Assembly (NCBI GenBank): GCA_963805975.1
Contig: CAWDVR010000005.1
Span: 64,001-128,000 of the forward strand
Direction: 5' to 3'
DNA: 64,000 nt
Source: an uncultured Acidobacteriota bacterium
GTDB lineage: Bacteria > Acidobacteriota > Thermoanaerobaculia > Multivoradales > SZUA-115
The stretch's first letter is position 1. Every line of letters starts with the position of its first letter. The notes beneath the pieces are model-generated. The model saw only the letters and a list, made by a program, of their open reading frames with translations, ran no database searches and was not told the origin of the DNA. Shown in pieces: positions 49,569-57,383 of the stretch. The position numbers and the translations under genes are program-made.

Positions 49569-50629
49569 GGATCGCCGCCGTCGGGAAGGCCTTGCCCCCG
49601 CACTACTACGGCCAGGACGAGCTCCTGGCGGCCCTTCGAGACCGCTGGGCCGACCGCCACTTCAACCTGGCCCGACTCGACAGCCTGCACAAGAACGTGC
49701 TCGTCGGCGGCCGGCACCTGGCGCTGCCGATCGACGAGTACGACCGCCTGGCGACTTTCGGCGACGCCAACGATGCGTGGATCCGTGTCGCCCAGGAGGT
49801 GGGCGAGGCGGCGGTGCGGGACGGTCTCGCCGCCGCGGGCCTTGCGACCGGCGACGTGTCGGCGCTCTTCTTCGTCACCGTCACCGGGGTGGCGACGCCG
49901 TCGATCGACGCCCGGCTGATGAACCGGCTGGCACTGCGCTCCGACGTCAAGAGAAACCCGATCTTCGGTCTGGGCTGCGTGGCCGGCGCGGCCGGGATCG
50001 CGCGCGCGGCCGACTACGTGAAAGCCTACCCGCGGGAGGTCGCGGTGCTGCTCTCGGTGGAGCTCTGCTCGCTCACCCTGCAGCGCGAGGACCTGTCGAT
50101 CCCCAACCTCATCGCCTCGGGGCTCTTCGGCGACGGCGCCGCGGCCGTGGTGGTGACCGGTGCCGAGCGCGAAGACGGCCGCTCGGCGCTGCCCGGGCCA
50201 CGGATCGTCGCCACGCGCTCGATCTTCTACCCGGACTCCGAGCGCGTCATGGGCTGGGACATCTCCGAGCGCGGCTTCAAGATCGTGCTCGACGCGAGCG
50301 TGCCCGAGGTGGCGCGGGACCACCTGCGCGCCGACGTGGACGGCTTCCTCACGGATCACGGCCTGAGCCGCGCAGACATCGCCTCCTGGGTCGCCCATCC
50401 GGGCGGGCCCAAGGTGCTCGAGGCCATGGCCGAAGCCCTCGAGCTGCCGCCGGGAGCGCTCGACGTCACCTGGCGGAGCCTGCGCGAAGTGGGGAACCTG
50501 TCCTCGACCTCGGTGCTCCTGGTGCTCAAGGACACGATAGAGCACCACCGCCCGCCCCCCGGCAGCCTCGGCCTCCTCATGGCCATGGGCCCGGGCTTCT
50601 GCTCGGAGCTGGTGCTGCTCGAGTGGTGA
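49565..50629 (+). CDS. type III polyketide synthase (SrsA/BpsA/FtpA-like)
   Basis: Catalytic triad GLGCVAG, AHPGGPK, GNLSS, plus LFGDGAAA and MGPGF. TTG start at 49565. Confidence 0.93.
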   Translation: MRIAAVGKALPPHYYGQDELLAALRDRWADRHFNLARLDSLHKNVLVGGRHLALPIDEYDRLATFGDANDAWIRVAQEVGEAAVRDGLAAAGLATGDVSALFFVTVTGVATPSIDARLMNRLALRSDVKRNPIFGLGCVAGAAGIARAADYVKAYPREVAVLLSVELCSLTLQREDLSIPNLIASGLFGDGAAAVVVTGAEREDGRSALPGPRIVATRSIFYPDSERVMGWDISERGFKIVLDASVPEVARDHLRADVDGFLTDHGLSRADIASWVAHPGGPKVLEAMAEALELPPGALDVTWRSLREVGNLSSTSVLLVLKDTIEHHRPPPGSLGLLMAMGPGFCSELVLLEW

Positions 50630-50736
50630 GGGGCGTGGTGCTCCTCCGCGAAGGGCGGTGCTCGCGGAGTCCCGGTGCGGCGCCACCCGCGCCCAAGGCG
50701 GCGGGGAGGAAAAGGGGGGTTTGCTAGAGTCCCCGC

Positions 50737-51333
50737 GTGAGCGAGCTCGGTGGGTTCTCCACCCAAGGCCTCTATCTCGGGCTGATGCTCGTCGTCGCTG
50801 TCGAGCGGATCGTCGAGCTCTTCATCTCGCGTCGTCACGAGCGGGCGCTGCTGGCCAAGGGCGGGCGTGAGGCCGGGACCGCGCACTACCCGCTGATGGT
50901 CGTCTTCCACACCCTCTTCCTCTTCGCCGCTCCGCTCGAGGTCTTCACGTTGGGGCGGCCGTTCGTGCCGGCGCTGGGATTTCCGATGCTGGCACTCCTC
51001 GCGGGGAGCATGGCGCTCCGCTACTGGGTGATCGCCACCCTGGGCGAGCGCTGGACCACGCGCGTGCTGGTGCTGCCCGGCGCGCCGCCGGTCACCGGCG
51101 GGCCGTACCGCCTCGTGCGCCACCCCAACTACCTGGCCGTGGTGGTGGAGATGTTCGCGCTGCCGCTGGTGCACACGGCGTGGCTGACGGCCGTGGTCGC
51201 CAGCCTCGGCAACGCCGCGATCCTCGCGCTCCGCATCCGCGCCGAGGAAGCGGCGCTCGCCGCGGCCGGAGGCTACGGCTCCGCCTTCTCGGGGCGCCCG
51301 CGGTTCGTTCCTTTTCTCCGCGGGAGGGAGTGA
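50737..51333 (+). CDS. isoprenylcysteine carboxyl methyltransferase-family protein (SrsB/BpsB-like)
   Basis: ER..EL..SRRH, HY..MV..H, LG.RWTTRV, GPYR.VRHPNY, RIRAEE. Confidence 0.92.
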   Translation: MSELGGFSTQGLYLGLMLVVAVERIVELFISRRHERALLAKGGREAGTAHYPLMVVFHTLFLFAAPLEVFTLGRPFVPALGFPMLALLAGSMALRYWVIATLGERWTTRVLVLPGAPPVTGGPYRLVRHPNYLAVVVEMFALPLVHTAWLTAVVASLGNAAILALRIRAEEAALAAAGGYGSAFSGRPRFVPFLRGRE

Positions 51334-51337
51334 GGCC

Positions 51338-51583
51338 ATGGAGGAGAAGGAGATCCTGGCCGGGGTGGCGGCCGTCGCCCGCGAGCACCTGGCGTGGACC
51401 GGGCCGCTGGCGCCCGAGATGCGGCTGATCGAGGATCTCGCGCTCGACTCGCTGCGCCTGCTGACGCTGGCCGTCGAGGTGGAGAACCGCTTCCGCATCT
51501 GCCTCGACGAGATGGACGAGGCGGCGATCACGACGGTGGGCGACCTGGTGGCGGCGGTGCGGAGGAAGCTCGTTGCCGGCTGA
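51338..51583 (+). CDS. acyl carrier protein
   Basis: DLALDSL phosphopantetheine motif and TVGDLV. Confidence 0.92.
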   Translation: MEEKEILAGVAAVAREHLAWTGPLAPEMRLIEDLALDSLRLLTLAVEVENRFRICLDEMDEAAITTVGDLVAAVRRKLVAG

Positions 51584-53354
51584 GGGCCGGGAGACCGTCA
51601 CCTCGACCCTCGTCTGGGCGGCCGGGCAAGGGCGCGGCGGCCTGCGGTTCGTCGCGCGGGACGAGAGCGCCCGCTTCCTCCCCTGGTCCGAGATGCACCA
51701 GCGCGCGCGGTCGGTGGCCGGCTCGCTCGAGGCCCTGGGCGTCACGCCCGGCGAGCGGGTGGCGATCCTCTTCCCCACCGGCCCCGAGTTCTTCGACGCG
51801 TTCTTCGGCACCCTGCTCGCCGGCGGCGTGCCGGTGCCGCTCTACCCGCCCGTGCGCCTCGGCCGGCTGGCCGAGTACCACCGCCAGACGGCGGCGATGA
51901 TCGGGGCGGCCGGCGCCCGCCTGGTGCTCGCCGACGGCCGGGTGAAGCGGCTGCTCGGGGAAACCATGGCCGCCGCCCGCCCGGCCCTGGGCTGCCGGCG
52001 GCTCGACGAGCTGCCGGCCGGTGTGTTCCGTGCGGTCGAGGTCGGCGCCGACGATCTCGGCCTGGTGCAGTTCTCCTCCGGCACCACGGTCGATCCCAAG
52101 CCGGTGGCCCTCACCCACCGGGCGCTGATGGCGCAGGTTTCGGCCCTGAACGGCCTCTGGCCGGAGCAGAGCGAGGAAGTTCCGACCGGCACCTCGTGGC
52201 TGCCGCTCTACCACGACATGGGGCTGATCGGCTGCATCCTGCCGGCGCTGGCGCTGCCCTCGGAGATGACCCTGATCGGCCCGGAAGTCTTCGTCAGCCG
52301 GCCGGCGATCTGGCTGCGCACCATCAGCCGCTACCGCAGCACGATCTCGCCGGCCCCCAACTTCGCCTATGGCCTCTGTGTGGCCAAGATCACGGACGAG
52401 GAGCTCGCGGGCGTCGACCTATCGAGCTGGCGCGTGGCCCTGAACGGCGCCGAGGCCGTGGCGCCCACGGTGCTGCGGGCCTTCGTCGAGCGCTTCGCGC
52501 CCTACGGCTTCGCCGCCGAGGCCCTGACCCCGGTCTACGGCCTTTCCGAGGCCGCCCTCGCCGTGACCTTCTCGGCCCTCGGCCGGCCGTTCGCGAGCCG
52601 CCGCTTCGCCCGCGAGCCGCTGGCCGCCGAGGGCCGGGCCGAGGAGACGGCGGACGGAGCCGAGATCGTCTCGGTGGGCCGGCCGCTGCCGGGGTTCGCC
52701 CTGCGCATCGTGGACGAGCGGGGTGGGAACCTTCCAGAGGGCCGGGTCGGGCGCCTGCTGATCTCCGGCCCGTCGCTGATGCAGGGCTACCTGGGGCGGC
52801 CCGAGGCCACCGCCCAGGTGCTCTCCGGCGGCTGGCTCGACACCGGCGACCTCGGGTTCCTCTCCGGCGGCGAGCTCTACCTCACCGGGCGCGCCAAGGA
52901 CCTGATCGTGCTCCGTGGCCGGAACTACGCACCGGAGGGCATCGAGCACGCCGTTTCCGCGTTGCCAGGCACCCGCACCGGCTGCGCGGTGGCCGTCTCC
53001 TGGTTGCCCGAGGGCGCGGCCGGCGAGAGGCTCGCCGTGTTCCTCGAGACGGCGCGCGAAGCTGGAACGGCGGCGCGTGCGGCGCTGGTCGAAGCAGCGT
53101 CGCGGGCAGTGCTCGCCGCCACCGGCCTCGCGGTCGACGAGGTGATCGTGCTCGCCCCCGGCACCTTGCCGCGTACCTCCTCCGGAAAGCTCCGGCGCGC
53201 CGAGACCCTGCGGCGGCACCTCGCGGGCGAGCTCGAGCCGCCGGAGCCGGTCACGCCCCTGCGGCTCGCGGGCGCCGTGGTCCGGTCGAGCTTCGCCTAC
53301 GCCCGCGCTCGATTTTCCTGGGCTCGCCTCCTCCGGGGCGCCGGCAGTGCCTGA
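51573..53354 (+). CDS. fatty acyl-AMP ligase (FAAL)
   Basis: QFSSGTT.DPK, SWLPLYHDMGLIG, PNFAY, NGAE, YGLSEA, TGDLG, GRAKD..V.RGRN, LPRTSSGKLRR. Confidence 0.92.
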   Translation: MPAEGRETVTSTLVWAAGQGRGGLRFVARDESARFLPWSEMHQRARSVAGSLEALGVTPGERVAILFPTGPEFFDAFFGTLLAGGVPVPLYPPVRLGRLAEYHRQTAAMIGAAGARLVLADGRVKRLLGETMAAARPALGCRRLDELPAGVFRAVEVGADDLGLVQFSSGTTVDPKPVALTHRALMAQVSALNGLWPEQSEEVPTGTSWLPLYHDMGLIGCILPALALPSEMTLIGPEVFVSRPAIWLRTISRYRSTISPAPNFAYGLCVAKITDEELAGVDLSSWRVALNGAEAVAPTVLRAFVERFAPYGFAAEALTPVYGLSEAALAVTFSALGRPFASRRFAREPLAAEGRAEETADGAEIVSVGRPLPGFALRIVDERGGNLPEGRVGRLLISGPSLMQGYLGRPEATAQVLSGGWLDTGDLGFLSGGELYLTGRAKDLIVLRGRNYAPEGIEHAVSALPGTRTGCAVAVSWLPEGAAGERLAVFLETAREAGTAARAALVEAASRAVLAATGLAVDEVIVLAPGTLPRTSSGKLRRAETLRRHLAGELEPPEPVTPLRLAGAVVRSSFAYARARFSWARLLRGAGSA

Positions 53355-54480
53355 GGTGGCCCAGGTTCTGGTGGTGGGTGGCGGGCCGGCGGGGCTCGCC
53401 ACCGCCATCGCGGCCCGGCAGGCGGGCCTGGGGCGCGTCCTGGTGCTCGACGGCCGCCGGCCGCCGATCGACAAGGCCTGCGGCGAGGGCCTGATGCCGG
53501 ACGGGCTCGAGCGATTGAAAGGCCTGGGTGTCCCCACCGACCGGCTCGGCGGCGCTTCCTTCCGCGGCATCCGCTACCTCGAGGACGGCGCCGTGGCCGA
53601 GGGCCGTTTCCCGCGCGGCGCGGGCCTTGGGCTGCGGCGCACGGCGCTGCACGAGGCGCTGGTGAAGCGGGCGGAGGAAGCGGGGGTCGAGCTCGAGTGG
53701 GGCGTCAAGGTCACCGGGCTGGGCACCGCCGGCCGCAGCGGCGAGGTCGAGACCGACCGCGGGCCCCGCTCGGCGCGCTGGGTCGTCGCGGCCGACGGGC
53801 TCCACTCGCGGCTGCGGAGCTGGGCCGGCCTCGAGCGACCGGCGGCGCCTGGCCTCGCGCGGCGCCGCTTCGGTGTACGGCGCCACTTCCGGCTCGCGCC
53901 GTGGGCGGACGTGGTCGAGGTCTACTGGGCGAACGGCGCCGAGGCCTACGTCACGCCCGTGGCCTCGGACGAGGTGGGGGTCGCCCTGCTGTGGAGCGGC
54001 GGCACGGCGCGCTTCGACGAGCTCCTGGCGCGCTTCCCGGCGCTCGCAGCCCGGCTCGACGGCGCTCTGGCGGCTTCCCGCGACCGCGGCGCCGGGCCGC
54101 TCCTCCAGCGCGTCCGGCGCGTGACGCAGGGCCAGCTCGCGCTGGTAGGCGACGCCTCGGGCTACGTGGACGCGATCACCGGCGAGGGCCTGTCGCTCGC
54201 CTTCCACCAGGCGCAGGCCCTGGCGGAGGCCCTGGCCGCCGGTGACCTCCGGGCCTACGAGCGCGCACACCGCCGGATCGCCCGTCTGCCGGATGGCATG
54301 ACGCGCCTGATGCTCGCCATCGAGCGCCGCCCGCGGCTGCGCCGCCGCGTGATCCGCGCCCTCGCCGCCGAGCCCGCCCTCTTCTCGCGCCTCCTCGCTG
54401 TCCACACCCGAGCGTTGCCGCTCCGGGGGTTGGGTTTGCCGAACGTGCTGCGGTTGGCATGGCGTTTGGCAGGAGTATGA
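53347..54480 (+). CDS. FAD-dependent oxidoreductase/monooxygenase (SrsC-like)
   Basis: GGGPAG, DKACGEGLMP, ADGLHS, GDASGYVDAITGEG. Confidence 0.9.
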   Translation: MPEVAQVLVVGGGPAGLATAIAARQAGLGRVLVLDGRRPPIDKACGEGLMPDGLERLKGLGVPTDRLGGASFRGIRYLEDGAVAEGRFPRGAGLGLRRTALHEALVKRAEEAGVELEWGVKVTGLGTAGRSGEVETDRGPRSARWVVAADGLHSRLRSWAGLERPAAPGLARRRFGVRRHFRLAPWADVVEVYWANGAEAYVTPVASDEVGVALLWSGGTARFDELLARFPALAARLDGALAASRDRGAGPLLQRVRRVTQGQLALVGDASGYVDAITGEGLSLAFHQAQALAEALAAGDLRAYERAHRRIARLPDGMTRLMLAIERRPRLRRRVIRALAAEPALFSRLLAVHTRALPLRGLGLPNVLRLAWRLAGV

Positions 54481-54527
54481 GAGACCACGGACCGCTACAA
54501 TCCGTCGTCCTTCAGTGGAGGCGCCTC

Positions 54528-55118
54528 ATGCACTCTCGTCGCGAGAATTTTTCCGGTAAACGATTCCTTCTCCCTCTCTCGATTCTCCTTCTCACCCTCT
54601 CCGCCGCCGCCCAGGAGCGGACGGTGACTCTCGATCCGGCGAAGACCAAGATCTCCTTCTCGCTCGGTGCGGTGATGCACACGGTGCACGGCACGATGAA
54701 GCTCGCGAGTGGCGAGGTGCGCTTCGACCCGGCGACGGGGGCCGCCTCGGGGCGGGTGGTGGTGGATGCCCGGAGCGCGGACACGGCCAACAAGGGCCGC
54801 GACGCGGACATGCACGCCAAAGTGCTCGAAACCGGCAAGTTCCCGCAGTTCGTGCTCGATCTGACGCGGGTCGAGGGCCGGCTCGCGGCGAGCGGCGCCT
54901 CGAAGCTCACCCTCCACGGCAAGCTCGCGATCCACGGCGCGACGCACGAGGTCGCCTGGCCGGCCGAGGTGGCGGTCGACGGCGAAACGGTGCGGGTGAA
55001 GACGAGCTTCGAGATCCCTTACGTGGCCTGGGGGATGAAGGACCCCGGCGGCGTCCTGCTGCGGGTGGACAAGGCCGTGATGGTCGCCGTCGAGGGAACC
55101 GGCAAGATCTCGTCGTAG
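54528..55118 (+). CDS. YceI-family lipid/polyprenyl-binding periplasmic protein
   Basis: Signal peptide, LDP..T.I.F, T.N..RD..M, GKL.IHG.TH. SD GGAGG before ATG 54528. Confidence 0.85.
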   Translation: MHSRRENFSGKRFLLPLSILLLTLSAAAQERTVTLDPAKTKISFSLGAVMHTVHGTMKLASGEVRFDPATGAASGRVVVDARSADTANKGRDADMHAKVLETGKFPQFVLDLTRVEGRLAASGASKLTLHGKLAIHGATHEVAWPAEVAVDGETVRVKTSFEIPYVAWGMKDPGGVLLRVDKAVMVAVEGTGKISS

Positions 55119-55142
55119 CCGGCGGCTCCGCTCTTCTCTTTC

Positions 55143-57380
55143 ATGCACACGCGCGCGCTTCGCCTGCTCCGCTGGCTCCTCGCCCACCGGCGGGCGGTGC
55201 TCGCCGGGTTCGCCATCGCCGTCACCGCCATGGTGCCGGGGGTGCTCCGCCTCGAAACCGACAACTCGCCCGAGGTCTTCTACCTGGAGGACAGCCCGGC
55301 GCTCGCCAGCTACCGCGCCCTGCGCCAGGACTTCGGGAGCGACGAGGTGGTGCGCATCGTGGCGCTGGGCGGAGGCCTGTGGACGGCCGACGGCCTCACT
55401 TGGCTGGCCCGCGTCGAGGAGGGAGCGAAGCGACTGCCCGGCGTCGAGGCGGCGAGCGGGCTCGCCGGCCGCCACCGCTGGTCGCTCCCCGTCTGGCCGC
55501 CCGCCGATCCGGAGGCGTTCCGCCGCCGGGCGTTGGACGATCTTCTCGACCGCGAGCTGGGTCTGATCGACGAGCAGGGCGAGGCGGCGACCGTCATCGC
55601 CGTGCTCACGGCCGGCTCGCCGCACGAGACGCGGCAGGTCCTCGGCGCGCTGCGCGCGCTCGTGGCTTCACCGCCGGCGGGCGTCACCACCCGCCTGGTG
55701 GGCGTGGCGGTGGTGGACGAGGCGCTCGACGGCTCCTCGCGCGAGATCCCGCAGCGGTTCTTCCCGCTCCTGGTGCTGTTCACGCTGGTGGTCCTGGCGC
55801 TCACCTTCCGCGATGCCCTCTGCGTCGCCGTGCCCCTCACCTTCGTGGGGGCCTGCGAGGTCGTGACCCTGGGCGCGATGGGCTACCTGGGCGTCAGGCT
55901 CAACCTGGTGATGGCGGTGCTGCCGCCCCTTGCCTTCGTCATCGGGCTGGCCACCGCGGTGCACGTGCTGGTGCGCTACCGCGAGCTCCTGGGCGAGGGG
56001 CTGGCGCCGGAGGAGGCCGCGCTCGAGACCTACCGCGACAAGGCCTGGGCGGTGCTGTGGACCGGGGTGATGACCGGCGTGGGCTTCGGCTCGCTGGCTT
56101 TCTCTCCGGTGCGGCCCGTCGCCGCGCTGGGGATCTGGTCCACCGTGGGCGTCGCCGTGCTCACCCTGGCGGCGTTCACGCTCTACCCCCTGCTCCTGGC
56201 CGCGTGGGTGGGCACCCACTGGAAAGGCACGCGACCGATCGAGACCCTGGCCCGGCGGGCCGGCCGCCGCTGGGCGGAAGGGGCGGCGCGCCGGCGCCAG
56301 CCGCTCCTTGCGGTGACGGCGCTCGTCGCCCTCGCGGCCTTGGTCGGCCTGCCGCGTCTCGAGATCGAGAGCAACGTGCTGACCTATCTTGCCGCCGACC
56401 ACCCGGTTCGCCGGTCGATGGCCGACCTCGAAGGCCGCGGCATCGGCCCGGCGGCGGTGGAGCTGGTGCTCACCCTGCCCGGGGAGATCGAGAGCGCGAG
56501 CTTCCGCTCACCCCAGGCGCTGGTCCAGCTCTCGGCTCTCGCGGCCCGGCTACGGCAGGAGCCGCTCGTGCTCTCGGTGGTCGGTGCCGGTGATGTCGCG
56601 GTGGCGGCGCGGAGCACGGCGGCGGAGGTGGTGGGTGGACCGTTCGTGACCGGCTCGCTCGTCGCCGGGGCGATCGAGGAAGCGATGGCGCCCTTCGTCA
56701 CCGCCGACGGCAAGCGGACACGCCTGTCGCTCTTCGTGCCCACCACCGGCTTCGATCGCCTCGATCCGCTGATCAGGACCGCACTGGAGAAGGCGCGCGA
56801 GGCCTTCCCGCAGGCCGAGGCCGAGGTCACGGGCCAGCACCCGCTGCTCCTCGAGACCCAGCGCCACCTGCTCTCGACCCTCACCAGCTCGCTCGCCGGC
56901 ACGCTGATCTGCGTGGTGCTGATCCTGGCGCTCCTGGTGGGGGACCGGCGCCTGGCGCTCCTCGCCCTGGTGCCCAACGTCTGGCCGGTGCTCGGCGTCC
57001 TGGGCGCCATGGGCTGGCTCGGCGTGCCGATCGACGTCGCCACCGTGATGGTGGCTTCGATCGTCCTCGGTCTGGCCGATCACACCGTGCACACTCTCGG
57101 GCACTTCCGCGAGCTGGCGCCGAAGGTCGGGCGCCTCGAGGCCGTGGCCTCGACGCTCGAGCACACGGCGGGTGCCTACGTGTTGACCGGCGTGATGCTG
57201 GTCGCGGGCTTCGGGGTCTGCGCGCTGTCGAGCTTCGCGCCCATCGCGCGCTTCGGCCTGCTGTCGGCGGCGGGGCTCGCCCTGGCGGTGGTCGGCGACC
57301 TCTTCCTGGTGCCGGCGCTGCTGGGCGCCCCTCACCCCAGCCCTCTCCCCGCTGACGCGGGGCGAGGGGGCCGGAGCTGA
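55143..57380 (+). CDS. MMPL/RND-family lipid transporter
   Basis: Two repeats of TM + periplasmic domain + 5 TM, with SIVLGLADHTVH and TGVMTGVGFGSL. Confidence 0.85.
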   Translation: MHTRALRLLRWLLAHRRAVLAGFAIAVTAMVPGVLRLETDNSPEVFYLEDSPALASYRALRQDFGSDEVVRIVALGGGLWTADGLTWLARVEEGAKRLPGVEAASGLAGRHRWSLPVWPPADPEAFRRRALDDLLDRELGLIDEQGEAATVIAVLTAGSPHETRQVLGALRALVASPPAGVTTRLVGVAVVDEALDGSSREIPQRFFPLLVLFTLVVLALTFRDALCVAVPLTFVGACEVVTLGAMGYLGVRLNLVMAVLPPLAFVIGLATAVHVLVRYRELLGEGLAPEEAALETYRDKAWAVLWTGVMTGVGFGSLAFSPVRPVAALGIWSTVGVAVLTLAAFTLYPLLLAAWVGTHWKGTRPIETLARRAGRRWAEGAARRRQPLLAVTALVALAALVGLPRLEIESNVLTYLAADHPVRRSMADLEGRGIGPAAVELVLTLPGEIESASFRSPQALVQLSALAARLRQEPLVLSVVGAGDVAVAARSTAAEVVGGPFVTGSLVAGAIEEAMAPFVTADGKRTRLSLFVPTTGFDRLDPLIRTALEKAREAFPQAEAEVTGQHPLLLETQRHLLSTLTSSLAGTLICVVLILALLVGDRRLALLALVPNVWPVLGVLGAMGWLGVPIDVATVMVASIVLGLADHTVHTLGHFRELAPKVGRLEAVASTLEHTAGAYVLTGVMLVAGFGVCALSSFAPIARFGLLSAAGLALAVVGDLFLVPALLGAPHPSPLPADAGRGGRS
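57328..57371 (+). repeat. REP-like palindromic element embedded in the 3' end of the MMPL gene
   Basis: CCCCTCACCCCAGCCCTCTCCCCGC-tgac-GCGGGGCGAGGGGG, the common CCCTCACCC..CCCTCTCCC..GGGAGAGGG repeat type. Confidence 0.65.
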
Positions 57381-57383
57381 ATC

